From positions 9,343 through 73,342 of the forward strand of contig QJWC01000081.1 in assembly GCA_003235475.1 (NCBI GenBank): a DNA stretch of 64,000 nt, written 5' to 3'. Below the pieces are notes generated by a model. The model was given only the letters and a program-made list of their open reading frames with translations, was not told where the DNA came from and searched no databases. Below are positions 17,504 through 27,134 of this stretch, in pieces (position 1 is the first letter of the stretch; every line of letters begins with the position of its first letter). The translations under genes were made by a program, and so were the position numbers. Source of the stretch: Acidimicrobiia bacterium (GTDB lineage Bacteria > Actinomycetota > Acidimicrobiia > Spongiisociales > UBA5794).

Positions 17504-18319
17504 TTGAGCGCCGTCGACCGCTACCGCGTCACCCCGGGAGCTTCTGTTGATCTGACAAAGATCCCCACGAGCGACACGTCCGCTTTTCCCGAGGCGACCA
17601 AGAAGTCTTCACGCAACCAGCTGGGGGCGATGAACGAGCGCCTTTCGGAGCTCCAGAGGCTCCTCTGGGCCGACGGATCCCGATCGTTGCTCCTGGTACT
17701 TCAGGCGATGGACACCGGAGGCAAGGATGGGACGATCCGCAAGGTGTTCACGGGCGTGAATCCCCAGGGTGTCGACGTCCGCGGTTTCGGCGTGCCGACC
17801 GACGAGGAACTCGCGCACGACTACCTCTGGCGGGTTCACGCGCGCACGCCGTCGGACGGGCGAATCGCCGTGTTCAATCGGAGCCACTACGAAGACGTGC
17901 TCGTGGTGCGCGTCCTCGACCTCGTTCCAGAGGATGTCTGGTCGAAGCGATACGCCCACATCCGAGATTTCGAGTCGATGCTCGTCGACGAAGGCACCGT
18001 CATCCGGAAGGTGATGCTCCACATCTCCAAGGATGAACAGAAGCAACGCCTGCAAGCGAGATTGGACGATCCGGCCAAGGCGTACAAGTTCAACGCGAGC
18101 GACCTCGACACGCGAGCCCGATGGAGCGACTACATGGCCGCATACGCCCGAGCCCTCGAGGAGACGTCGACGGATGAAGCTCCATGGTTCGTGGTGCCTG
18201 CCGATCGCAAGTGGTATCGAAACCTGGTCGTCTCTCAGATTCTGATCGAAGCAATCGAGGGCCTCGGGCTCAGATACCCCGAGCCGTCAGATGACCTGGG
18301 CAACCTGGAAATCACGTGA
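17504..18319 (+). CDS. Polyphosphate kinase 2 family protein
   Basis: QAMDTGGKDG Walker A, HDYLWR, FNRSHYEDV, APWFVVPAD.KW; TTG after GAGGAGG. Confidence 0.92.
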   Translation: MSAVDRYRVTPGASVDLTKIPTSDTSAFPEATKKSSRNQLGAMNERLSELQRLLWADGSRSLLLVLQAMDTGGKDGTIRKVFTGVNPQGVDVRGFGVPTDEELAHDYLWRVHARTPSDGRIAVFNRSHYEDVLVVRVLDLVPEDVWSKRYAHIRDFESMLVDEGTVIRKVMLHISKDEQKQRLQARLDDPAKAYKFNASDLDTRARWSDYMAAYARALEETSTDEAPWFVVPADRKWYRNLVVSQILIEAIEGLGLRYPEPSDDLGNLEIT

Positions 18320-18324
18320 CACGA

Positions 18325-19242
18325 TCACTCCTGGGCGGTGAAGGTCGTACCCAGACCCCGACGGCCGTTTGCCCACGCAAGCGCACCCATCCGCTGGCGG
18401 CCCTCGGGCTGGACGACACCAAGCGTCAGTGCTCCGTCCTCGAAACCTGCGACGACTTCTCCGTCGACGAGCTCTATGAGCCCGGGTGCGGTGTCATTGG
18501 TCGTGAAGGAGGCGGAGTGCACCCGCAACACCCCCTCGGGAGTTGCGAACCATGCGCCGGGCCGAGGATTGAATGCGCGGACAGCGCGCTCGGCTCGTAC
18601 CGCGTCCCACGTGGGGGCAAGCTGCGCCTCAGCCTTGGAGAGGCGCTTTGCGTGGGTGCTACCCGCATCGATCTGTGGCACGGGGATGCGGCGCCCGGCC
18701 AGGTATTCCGGGATGCTTCGATCAACCAGCGTCGAACCGAGGAACGCAAGCCGCGCGGTCAGGCTCCCACCTGTCTCCGATGGCTCGATCGCCGTTGCGA
18801 TCTCACCGAGCACCGGCCCCGTATCGAGTCCCTCGTCGATCTTCATCAGCGTGACGCCTGTACGCGCGTCGCCTGCAGCGAGCGCGCGCTCGACGGGAGC
18901 CGCTCCTCGCCACCGAGGAAGCAACGAAAAGTGGACATTCATGAATCCGTAGCGCGTCGTGGCCAGGATGTCCGGAGTCAGGATCCGCCCATACGCGACC
19001 ACCAGCCCGAATTCGTAGCCCTTCCCTCTCAGGGCAGCGAGGAGCTCCTCGGCGGTTGTCGGCTGGGCAACCGGGAAGCCGTGCTGCTCCGCCGCCACCT
19101 TGACAGGGCTCGCAGTGCGCACCTGCCCTCTCCCGACCTTTCGGTCCGGCTGGGTGATGACGAGGTCGACATCCGCGACATTCGCCAAGGCGTACAAGCT
19201 CGCCACCGCTGGCGCAGGCGTACCGAGGAAGACGGCTCCCAC
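18325..19242 (-). CDS. fmt: Methionyl-tRNA formyltransferase
   Basis: FLGTP, TQPDR, VAYG, NVHFSLLPRWRGAAP, GLDTG. Confidence 0.96.
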   Translation of the reverse strand: MGAVFLGTPAPAVASLYALANVADVDLVITQPDRKVGRGQVRTASPVKVAAEQHGFPVAQPTTAEELLAALRGKGYEFGLVVAYGRILTPDILATTRYGFMNVHFSLLPRWRGAAPVERALAAGDARTGVTLMKIDEGLDTGPVLGEIATAIEPSETGGSLTARLAFLGSTLVDRSIPEYLAGRRIPVPQIDAGSTHAKRLSKAEAQLAPTWDAVRAERAVRAFNPRPGAWFATPEGVLRVHSASFTTNDTAPGLIELVDGEVVAGFEDGALTLGVVQPEGRQRMGALAWANGRRGLGTTFTAQE

Positions 19243-19243
19243 C

Positions 19244-19744
19244 TCACACCCGCCGATGGCCGAGTGCTTCGTCCCTCAGCTCTGCAAGGGCAACGCGACG
19301 CACGCGCTGTGGGAGACGCGTCAGGAGGAGTTTGCCGTGCAGATGGTCGATCTCGTGCTGGAGGACCCGCCCCATCAGCTCGTCACCCTCGTAGGTCACG
19401 GGGTTCCCATCGACGTCGAGGCCCTCAGCCCTGGCGTAGTCCGGGCGTTTGATCATCCAGTACCGACCGGGTACCGAAAGGCATCCCTCCTCGAACTTCC
19501 ACTTCCCTGACGTCTCGACGATCTCCGGGTTGGCCATCACGAAGGGGCCATCCCCGGCATCGGCGACGAAAAGACGTTTCGGGATACCGATCTGCGGTGC
19601 CGCGAGGCCTACGCCTGGCGCGTCGTACATCGTCTCGAACATGTCCTCGACGAGTCGTGCGAGGTCGGCGTCGAATTCCATGACGTTGGACGCGGGCATC
19701 GAAAGCACCGGGTCCGGAAACGTTCGTATGGGGTAGATCGCCAT
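19244..19744 (-). CDS. def: Peptide deformylase
   Basis: GVGLAAPQIG, EGCLS, QHEIDHL. Confidence 0.97.
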   Translation of the reverse strand: MAIYPIRTFPDPVLSMPASNVMEFDADLARLVEDMFETMYDAPGVGLAAPQIGIPKRLFVADAGDGPFVMANPEIVETSGKWKFEEGCLSVPGRYWMIKRPDYARAEGLDVDGNPVTYEGDELMGRVLQHEIDHLHGKLLLTRLPQRVRRVALAELRDEALGHRRV

Positions 19745-19792
19745 AGCGGCAAGGGTACCTCCGGACCCGCCGGTCACGAGATTTCGATCAAC

Positions 19793-21496
19793 CTATAGAT
19801 CGATCGGGTCCGCGTCCACGCGCACGCGTACGCCGGTATCGCGCAGGTGGCCGACGACGCCGCGGAGAGCCAACCGCGCGTCCCCGAGGTCGGGGCCCTG
19901 GACGAGCCAACGCAGACGATCCCCCATGTCCGCTGGCCCAAGGAGCCGTGCCCTGTCCCGCAGGGCCTCATCGAGTAACTCGGGAGCCTGCGATCCGGTC
20001 GCGACCTCTATCGCAATGAGTTCCCCGAACGGTGGGAATCCGAGGTCCTTCCTCGTCTGGATCTCGTCTTGGGTGAACTGCAGCGAGTCCCCTGCCCGAA
20101 GCGCTTCAACCACTGGCTGTGTCGGATCCGATGTCTGGATCAGGCAACGGTTCCCGGTCCCCCGAACGACCGTGAGTGCCAGGCGCGCCAGAACGAACAA
20201 CGCTGACTCGTGCGCGCGATAGTTCGGCGCACCGGCCATACCATCGACGTCGACCGCGACGGCGAGCCCGATGCCCGTCAGCCCCACGAGGTCGCGCTCC
20301 GTGCCTACTTGGACCGTCGACCCGCTCGCTGCATCGCCAACGTCGTCTGTCGACCGCTTGATTTCCGCAATGACGTTCCCGATCCCGGCACCGAGCGCCT
20401 GCCATCGCGTCGATCCGCATTCGGCGCATGGCCCGAGAGCTGTGCCGCACCGGTCGCAGCGGTCATCGGTCGATGAAGCCGCTTGGCATGCAGGACACCT
20501 CCGCAATGTGCCGCATCTCGCGCACCGTGTCGCCCTTGCGTACCCCCTGCGAGGGACGAGGACGAACACCCTCTTGCCATGTCTGGCGGCACCGACGATC
20601 GCCGCCCTTGTGCGTTCCAGGATGACCGAACCGGTGGGTGGCTCCTCGCGACGGTCCACGACCTCGATGACCGGCCAGATGCGGCCGGGCCGACGCACGG
20701 TGTCGTCCGCTGCGACGGTCGTCGAGACGGACGGGACGGGGCCCACGAACGTGATCGGGATGCCGGCATCACGCGCTCTGCGTCGCGCGACCGTTGCCGT
20801 GTCCACGGTGGGCGTCGAGGGGGACTTGTGCACCCGACGTAACTCTTCGACGACGATGATCCTGCCGAGTGCAGCCACCGGCCACAACGCGACCTCCCGT
20901 GTGCCGACGAGTATGGAGTCGCCGCTGGTCGCGGCGCGGACCCAAGCCGCCGTCTCAGCTCTGCCCGACAGGTCGGAGTGCGCAACGACAACCCGCTCCC
21001 CGTACGTCGGTCCGAGATCCCTGGCAATGTCCTCGGCCTCCAAGACGCTCGGAACGACGATCATCGCTGCAGCGTCCGATGCACCGAGAACCTTCTCGAT
21101 GACCGGCGCGTAGGGCAACGCAGCGATCTCCGCATGGACGCGGTGACGCGCATTGACGCTCGAACGAGCGCTGCTCTGCTTCGCGACGCCCGCGTCCGAT
21201 CTCGGAACGTTGGTGGGGACGGTCCGGGTCAGGATCGTCGAAAGCGGCGCAACGTAGTGGCGTGCGGCCCAGCGCGACGTTCCGAGGAGCACCTCGTCGA
21301 AGGAAGGAATGTCACCGACCACGCCGTCGAGGTCGATGATCCTGCGGTCGGGAATCGGGACCAGCGAGGTCACGAACCCGCGCAACCGCCTGCCCGAGAC
21401 TCGGATGCGAACGCGGGAGCCGACGTGCACATCCACTCCGTCTGGCACGCCGTAGGTGAAGCCATCGTCGACTGCGAACGACGGGATGTCGGGCAC
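19793..21496 (-). CDS. priA: Primosomal protein N' (short, degenerate helicase motifs); start may be CTG at 21523
   Basis: FTY..VGSRV N-terminal domain, RRGY followed by four CxxC pairs, IQT, PPF; canonical position between coaBC and def. Confidence 0.85.
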   Translation of the reverse strand: MPDIPSFAVDDGFTYGVPDGVDVHVGSRVRIRVSGRRLRGFVTSLVPIPDRRIIDLDGVVGDIPSFDEVLLGTSRWAARHYVAPLSTILTRTVPTNVPRSDAGVAKQSSARSSVNARHRVHAEIAALPYAPVIEKVLGASDAAAMIVVPSVLEAEDIARDLGPTYGERVVVAHSDLSGRAETAAWVRAATSGDSILVGTREVALWPVAALGRIIVVEELRRVHKSPSTPTVDTATVARRRARDAGIPITFVGPVPSVSTTVAADDTVRRPGRIWPVIEVVDRREEPPTGSVILERTRAAIVGAARHGKRVFVLVPRRGYARATRCARCGTLRRCPACQAASSTDDRCDRCGTALGPCAECGSTRWQALGAGIGNVIAEIKRSTDDVGDAASGSTVQVGTERDLVGLTGIGLAVAVDVDGMAGAPNYRAHESALFVLARLALTVVRGTGNRCLIQTSDPTQPVVEALRAGDSLQFTQDEIQTRKDLGFPPFGELIAIEVATGSQAPELLDEALRDRARLLGPADMGDRLRWLVQGPDLGDARLALRGVVGHLRDTGVRVRVDADPIDL

Positions 21497-21524
21497 GACC
21501 TGGCAGGCGTTACGAGGGGCCAGG

Positions 21525-22703
21525 TCAACCCCTCAGCGAGATGGCCGCCGTCAGGATGGCGTGGGCGACATCCGCCTTCGGCATCAGGGGCAGCGACTCT
21601 GTACGTCCGTCGCTGAACACCAGGGTGACCTCGTTCGTGTCCGAGCCGAAACCGGAGCCCTCCTTCGCCACGTCGTTTGCGACGAGGAGGTCGACGCCCT
21701 TGTCCAACGCCTTGACAGCTGCAGCATCCACTGAGCCGGTCTCGGCGGCAAAGCCGACCACAACGTCGACCCCCCCGCGTTCGACGACACCTTTGAGGAT
21801 GTCAGGCGTCGGCTCGAGTTCGACGGAGGGTGGCCCCGCCGCGCGCCGGAGTTTCACGTCCGATGTGGCGGCTGGCTGGAAGTCGGCGACGGCAGCCGCC
21901 ATGACTGCGACCGTCGCTCCCTGTGAGCCGGCCCAGACCGCCTCGGCCATCTCTTGTGCCGTTTCCACGCGTACGACGTCGATCATGGGATGCTCAGGCG
22001 CATCCACGGTGGTGACCAGCGTGACGCGGGCTCCCCTGCGAGCTGCATCCAGCGCGATCGCATTGCCCATCTTCCCGCTCGACCGGTTGCCGATGTACCG
22101 CACCGGATCGATCGGCTCCCTCGTGCCGCCCGCACTCACCAGGACGGTCATTCCTGCCATGTCGCCTGCGCGGAGTATGTCAGAGACGACTTCGACAATT
22201 GCGTCGGGATCCGCAAGCCGCCCGACGCCCGTGTCACCGCCTGCGAGCTCTCCGGATTCGGGAGGGACGATCGTGTAACCGAACCGTGCGAGCGTGGCGA
22301 CGTTGTCTTGGGTCGCAGGATGCTCCCACATCTCCGTATGCATGGCAGGGGCGACGATCGTCGGCGCCGTCGACGCCATCACCGTCGCGACGAGGGCATT
22401 CGACGAGTCCCCCGATGCGATCTTTGCGATTGTCGACGCCGTCGCGGGAGCGATCACGATCACGTCGGCCCATGCCGCGAGGTTCGTGTGCGGCGAGACG
22501 TCGTCTCCACCGAAGAGGCTGACCACAGGTTGGTGGCCCGTGAGGGCTGCGAAGGTTGATGGGCCGACGAATTCGGTAGCGGCGTCCGTCATGACGACGC
22601 GGACGTCGGCGCCTGCCTCCGAGAGTCGGCGAACCAGATACGCCGACTTGTATGCCGCGACCCCTCCGGAGACGCCGAGGACGACATGTCGCCCGGCGAG
22701 CAT
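21525..22703 (-). CDS. coaBC: Phosphopantothenoylcysteine decarboxylase/ligase
   Basis: GGVAAYK, APATA, PAMH, GGTREPIDPVRYIGNRSSGKMG, VGFAAET. Confidence 0.97.
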   Translation of the reverse strand: MLAGRHVVLGVSGGVAAYKSAYLVRRLSEAGADVRVVMTDAATEFVGPSTFAALTGHQPVVSLFGGDDVSPHTNLAAWADVIVIAPATASTIAKIASGDSSNALVATVMASTAPTIVAPAMHTEMWEHPATQDNVATLARFGYTIVPPESGELAGGDTGVGRLADPDAIVEVVSDILRAGDMAGMTVLVSAGGTREPIDPVRYIGNRSSGKMGNAIALDAARRGARVTLVTTVDAPEHPMIDVVRVETAQEMAEAVWAGSQGATVAVMAAAVADFQPAATSDVKLRRAAGPPSVELEPTPDILKGVVERGGVDVVVGFAAETGSVDAAAVKALDKGVDLLVANDVAKEGSGFGSDTNEVTLVFSDGRTESLPLMPKADVAHAILTAAISLRG

Positions 22704-22705
22704 GC

Positions 22706-22939
22706 CTACTCCTCGGTGGGTGCGATTACGACTTTGTCCTGGACGATCTCCTCGAGTGAGATCGAAAGCGGCTTACGCGACAGGCTGTGCACCTGAGGAG
22801 GAACGTAGCCGCCGATGCCGGCACCCAGCTCGTTGTAGTAGGCGTTGATCTGGCGGGCTCGACGCGCCGCGAGCACAACGAGTCCAAAACGGGACTTCGT
22901 CTTCTCGACCACGGCTCCGATGGGCGGTTCGAGCATCAT
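22706..22939 (-). CDS. rpoZ: RNA polymerase omega subunit
   Basis: PPI..SRFGLVVLAARRARQI, KPLSISLEEI. Confidence 0.93.
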   Translation of the reverse strand: MMLEPPIGAVVEKTKSRFGLVVLAARRARQINAYYNELGAGIGGYVPPQVHSLSRKPLSISLEEIVQDKVVIAPTEE

Positions 22940-22967
22940 TGGGGACTCCTGAAAGTGGAAGGGACGG

Positions 22968-23552
22968 TCAGGCAGACACCCGATCCGTCGTGCGAGCCGT
23001 GAGTATATCGAGGAACCGGTCGATCGCGGACTCCATGTCGTCGTTCAGGACGATGTGGTGGTAGACGAGAGGAGCCTCCCTCATCTGTTGATCAGCCACC
23101 GACAGCCTCCGCTGTATGTCTGCCTCGTGTGTGTCGCCCCGCCCCCGCAGCCGGTCCTCGAGCACCGACAGGCTCGGGGGCCTGATGAAGATCAACACCG
23201 CCTCGGGGAACGACGCCTTGATCTGTTTCGCGCCCTCGTTCTCGATGTCGAGGATGATGTTGCGGCCCGCATCGAGCGCGGGGAGGACCTGCTCCCTCAG
23301 CGTTCCGTAGAGGTTGCCCCCGTATTCCGCCCACTCCAACACTGATTCGGAGGCAATGCGGTCCTCGAACTCCGGCCGGCTCAGATACACGTAGTCGCGG
23401 CCCTCCACCTCGCCGGGCCGTGGGTCCCTCGTCGTCGCCGAGACGGAGAACTCGGAGTTCGTCTCCGCGATCACGCGTGACAGGATGCTCGACTTGCCCA
23501 CGCCTGACGGGCCAGACACAACGATCAGATGACCTCTACGAGAATCGCTCAA
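22968..23552 (-). CDS. gmk: Guanylate kinase
   Basis: SGPSGVGKS, SVSATTR.PRPGE, YGT. Confidence 0.97.
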   Translation of the reverse strand: MSDSRRGHLIVVSGPSGVGKSSILSRVIAETNSEFSVSATTRDPRPGEVEGRDYVYLSRPEFEDRIASESVLEWAEYGGNLYGTLREQVLPALDAGRNIILDIENEGAKQIKASFPEAVLIFIRPPSLSVLEDRLRGRGDTHEADIQRRLSVADQQMREAPLVYHHIVLNDDMESAIDRFLDILTARTTDRVSA

Positions 23553-23844
23553 TGAGAGCCATCCGTTGGTTCTTCCCGAGCCCCCTGATGGTGCGGTTGT
23601 CTGCGATCCCGATGTCCTCCATCAGGCGCTTCGTGGCGATCTTCCCCATACCCGGCATGGACACGATGATGGCCTGGATCTTCGTTCCTGCGACGAGATC
23701 GTCCTCCTCGGCTCGTTCGAGGACGTCGGTGAAGGTCAGGCTCCCTGTCTTCAGCAGGGCCTTGATCTCTGCCCTCTTCCTCCGTGCCTCGACTGCTCTG
23801 GCGAGCGCCGCGGCACGCTGTTCATCCGTTGTCTCGGGAAACAC
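23536..23844 (-). CDS. mihF: Actinobacterial integration host factor (mIHF)
   Basis: EQRAAALARA..AR..RAEIK, MPGMGK, IADNRTIRGLG.NQ; GTG after GAAGGAG, TACAAT -10 upstream. Confidence 0.9.
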   Translation of the reverse strand: MFPETTDEQRAAALARAVEARRKRAEIKALLKTGSLTFTDVLERAEEDDLVAGTKIQAIIVSMPGMGKIATKRLMEDIGIADNRTIRGLGKNQRMALIERFS

Positions 23845-23887
23845 ATGCTCTCCTTCGTCCACCCCATTGTATTGGGGCATTGAAGCG

Positions 23888-24583
23888 CTACCCGATCGAC
23901 GCAGCAATGGCCTCTGCCGCAGCGCGGGGGTCGGCGGCTGCGGTGATCGGACGACCGATGACGAGCATGTCAGCGCCATCGGCGAGGGCCTGCACGGGCG
24001 TCGCCGTCCGAGCCTGATCGTCGTCCATCTCGGAGGGGCGGATCCCCGGCGTCACGCGAGCGACGCCGGGAGCGGCCCTTCGGACGATCGACAACTCGCG
24101 GGGAGAACAGACGACACCCTCGCATCCCGTCGACTCGGCGAGGGACGCCATGTGAGCGACAAGATCGTTCGTCGAGACATCCACACCGATTTCAGCGAGG
24201 TTCCCTGCGTCAAGCGATGTGAGGACCGACACTCCGAGGATCCCGGTTGGCCGCCCATCGGATCCGCTCGCAAGGCCCGCAACCGCGGCCTCGAGCATCT
24301 CGCGTCCGCCGCTGATGTGCGCCGTGACCCATCTTGCTCCGTGTCTTCCGAGGCGATATGCGGCCCGTTCGACCTGCGAAGGGATGTCGTGCAGCTTCGC
24401 GTCTGCGAATACCGGCCGGCCGACATTGCCAATACGGCCGATGATTTCTGGACCCGGCCCGTGGAGGAGACCGAGACCGACCTTGAACGCTCCGACGAAC
24501 TCGAAGACGGACTCGGCCATCGCCACGGCCTCATCGCCTGTCTTCATGTCGAGGCCGACGGCAATCGGAGTCATCAGATCCAC
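23888..24583 (-). CDS. pyrF: Orotidine 5'-phosphate decarboxylase
   Basis: FKVG, DAKLHDIP, VLTS, TPGIR, DDQAR, GRPIT. Confidence 0.96.
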   Translation of the reverse strand: MDLMTPIAVGLDMKTGDEAVAMAESVFEFVGAFKVGLGLLHGPGPEIIGRIGNVGRPVFADAKLHDIPSQVERAAYRLGRHGARWVTAHISGGREMLEAAVAGLASGSDGRPTGILGVSVLTSLDAGNLAEIGVDVSTNDLVAHMASLAESTGCEGVVCSPRELSIVRRAAPGVARVTPGIRPSEMDDDQARTATPVQALADGADMLVIGRPITAAADPRAAAEAIAASIG

Positions 24584-25485
24584 GATTCCCAGGCTCCCTT
24601 CATCTCATGGAGACGTTCGATCCCGCGCGCGGTCATGTAGGTTCGCAGGTCCTTGCTGATGCGATCGGCAATCCGTGGAGCATTGAAATGCGCGGATCCG
24701 ATCGCAACCGCATCTGCTCCAGCGAGGAGGTACTCGAGTACGTGGTCCGCGTGGGAGACGCCGCCGCACGCGACGATCGGCGTATCGGGCAGCGCCGCCC
24801 TGATCTCGAGCACACACCTCACCGCGATCGGTCGGATTGGGTCGCCCGAATACCCTCCAACCACCCCTGACAGCACCGGTCGGCGCGTATGTGGATCGAT
24901 TGCCGCACCCATCACCGTGTTCCCCATCACGACCCAATCCGCACCCGCGTCCACCACGGCCATGGCCACTTCGCTGACCGGTTGGGCGTCCGGCGAGAGC
25001 TTTGCGCCGATGGGAAGCGTCGTCGCTGCGCGAACGTGCGAGACGACCTGCGCCGATCTGGCTGGATCGAGCGCAAACGGAATGCCTTCGAGGTTCGGGC
25101 ACGAAAGGTTGATCTCGATCGCCTCGAGGTCCGCCTCTTGCATCTTCGAAGCCACGATCGCAAAGCCCTCGACATCATGTGCAACGGCGCTCCCCCACAC
25201 AGGCACAGGGATGTCAGGAAGGTCTGGAGCGATCTCATCGAGCCAGGCGTCTATGCCAGGGTTCTGGATACCGATGCCGTTCAGCATTCCGACGCCAGCG
25301 TGCCCTATCCGCGGTGAGGGACGTCCCTTCCACGGCTCGGGCGACACCGACTTGGCAACCGCGGCTCCGTACTTCCGAAAGTCGATGACGTCCTTGAATT
25401 CGACGACCGAGCCGACAGTCCCCGCTGCGGCGACCAGTGGCGTTGAAAGGGTGAGGTCACCGAGCGAGACGGACAGGTCCTTCAT
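24574..25485 (-). CDS. pyrD: Dihydroorotate dehydrogenase family 1, catalytic subunit
   Basis: MLNGIGIQNPG, EINLSCPN, AKLSP, GGYSG. Confidence 0.93.
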   Translation of the reverse strand: MKDLSVSLGDLTLSTPLVAAAGTVGSVVEFKDVIDFRKYGAAVAKSVSPEPWKGRPSPRIGHAGVGMLNGIGIQNPGIDAWLDEIAPDLPDIPVPVWGSAVAHDVEGFAIVASKMQEADLEAIEINLSCPNLEGIPFALDPARSAQVVSHVRAATTLPIGAKLSPDAQPVSEVAMAVVDAGADWVVMGNTVMGAAIDPHTRRPVLSGVVGGYSGDPIRPIAVRCVLEIRAALPDTPIVACGGVSHADHVLEYLLAGADAVAIGSAHFNAPRIADRISKDLRTYMTARGIERLHEMKGAWESWI

Positions 25486-26741
25486 GCTGCATACCCGTGG
25501 GTCAACTTGCCCGCGTAGACGGTCGCACGCACGAACCCAGCGAGCTCCATTCCGAGGTACGGCGCGTTGCGAGACTTCGAACGGGACTCCGTCGGGATCC
25601 ACGTTGCGCTCGGATCGAACACCACGATGTGCGCGAGGCCGCCTTCGCGGAGCGGCAGCCCCTGGCCTTCGATACCGGCGATACGCGCGGGCGACACGGA
25701 CATCCGGTCGAAGAACACGTCAGGACTCGGATTGCACGTCGTCAGGAACGATGAAGCGGCCCACTCGAGGCCGAGGACGCCGTTCGGGGTATTGGCCAGC
25801 GGTCCTTCCTTCTCGTGAGGGGCGTGGGGCGCGTGGTCTGTCGCAACCGCGTCGATCGTGCCGTCGAGCAGCGCTTCACGCAGCGCCTTGCGGTCCTCCT
25901 CCGAGCGCAAGGGCGGCATCATCTTGAAATTCGCGCCACCCGCCAGAACCCATTCGTCGGTGAACATGAGGTGATGTGGGGTCACTTCGCACGTGACGCT
26001 CGCACCATCCATCTTCGCCGCTCTGATCAGGGTGACGACGCGCTCGCTGGAGACGTGTTGGACGTGGTATCGGACACCCGCATCGAATGCAAGGGCCAGG
26101 TCCCGTGCCACCACCATCTCCTCAGCCTCGACCGGGATGCCCGGAAGGGACGCTGACCGTGATGCTGATCCCTCGTGCATCACGCCAGCAGCACTCAACG
26201 GCCCATCCACCGCATGCTGGGAGACGACCCCTCCCACCGCAGCAACCTCACTCATCGCTTCGAGCAGCAACGCTGCGCTGTCGACGGAGTCGCCATCGTC
26301 GCTGAACAGCTTCACGCCGGATGCAGCCAACGCTGCGATGGGCGCGGTCTTCCCGCCTGCGCGGCCGACCGTCAGGCATCCCGATGGCACCACCTCGACG
26401 AGGCCAACCTCGTCCCCTCGTGCCTTCACCGCCTCCGTGAGTTCCGGGGTATCGAGCGCGGGAACGGTGTTCGGCATCGCGACCACGGCCGTGTATCCGC
26501 CTGCAGCTGCCGATGCTGATCCGGAGGCGATGTCCTCTTTCCACGTCTGCCCGGGCTCACGAAGGTGCGTGTGGAGATCGACGAAGCCAGGCCCCACCCA
26601 TGCGCCCTTGGCGTCGATCGTGCGATCGCCACCGACGGCTTCCCCGATGGCCTCGATCCTGCCGTCCGTGATTCCGACGTCGGCGTGGAGCAGTCCACGG
26701 TCTGTGAGGACCGTTCCACCCCTGATCACGAGGTCAGCCAT
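25482..26741 (-). CDS. pyrC: Dihydroorotase
   Basis: DLHTHLREPG, MPNT, SDDG, EVTPHH, TDHAPH, SKSRNAPY. Confidence 0.95.
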   Translation of the reverse strand: MADLVIRGGTVLTDRGLLHADVGITDGRIEAIGEAVGGDRTIDAKGAWVGPGFVDLHTHLREPGQTWKEDIASGSASAAAGGYTAVVAMPNTVPALDTPELTEAVKARGDEVGLVEVVPSGCLTVGRAGGKTAPIAALAASGVKLFSDDGDSVDSAALLLEAMSEVAAVGGVVSQHAVDGPLSAAGVMHEGSASRSASLPGIPVEAEEMVVARDLALAFDAGVRYHVQHVSSERVVTLIRAAKMDGASVTCEVTPHHLMFTDEWVLAGGANFKMMPPLRSEEDRKALREALLDGTIDAVATDHAPHAPHEKEGPLANTPNGVLGLEWAASSFLTTCNPSPDVFFDRMSVSPARIAGIEGQGLPLREGGLAHIVVFDPSATWIPTESRSKSRNAPYLGMELAGFVRATVYAGKLTHGYAA

Positions 26742-27132
26742 CCGCGCCGCCGTCCTCGAGTTCGGGCATGCGACCACGCTCGGCGATCGCGGAGAGGACC
26801 CCGTTCACGAAAGCGCCGCTCTTCGCGGTCGAGTGTGACTTCGCGAGCTCGACCGCCTCATCGATCGCAATCGCCTTCGAGAGCCCGTTGAACAGGATCT
26901 CGAACGCGGCGAGTCGGATGATGTTGCGGTCAACGGCCGGCATGCGGTCGACGCGCCATGTTTCCGCCACGGACTCGATCAACGCATCGAGCTCGGCTTT
27001 GTGGTCCCATGTACCGGATGCGAGGGCTGCCGCGCGTGCAGAGATCGCGGACACGTCGACTTCGTCTCGGGAAAGGACATCGGTGGCGTAGAGGGCCCCG
27101 AGGGCTTGAACCCTGGCTTCCTCGCGTGCCAC
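26734..27132 (-). CDS. nusB: Transcription antitermination factor NusB
   Basis: W..DRMPAVDRNIIRL, IDEAVELAK, FVNGVL. Confidence 0.95.
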   Translation of the reverse strand: MAREEARVQALGALYATDVLSRDEVDVSAISARAAALASGTWDHKAELDALIESVAETWRVDRMPAVDRNIIRLAAFEILFNGLSKAIAIDEAVELAKSHSTAKSGAFVNGVLSAIAERGRMPELEDGGADG

Positions 27133-27134
27133 GG

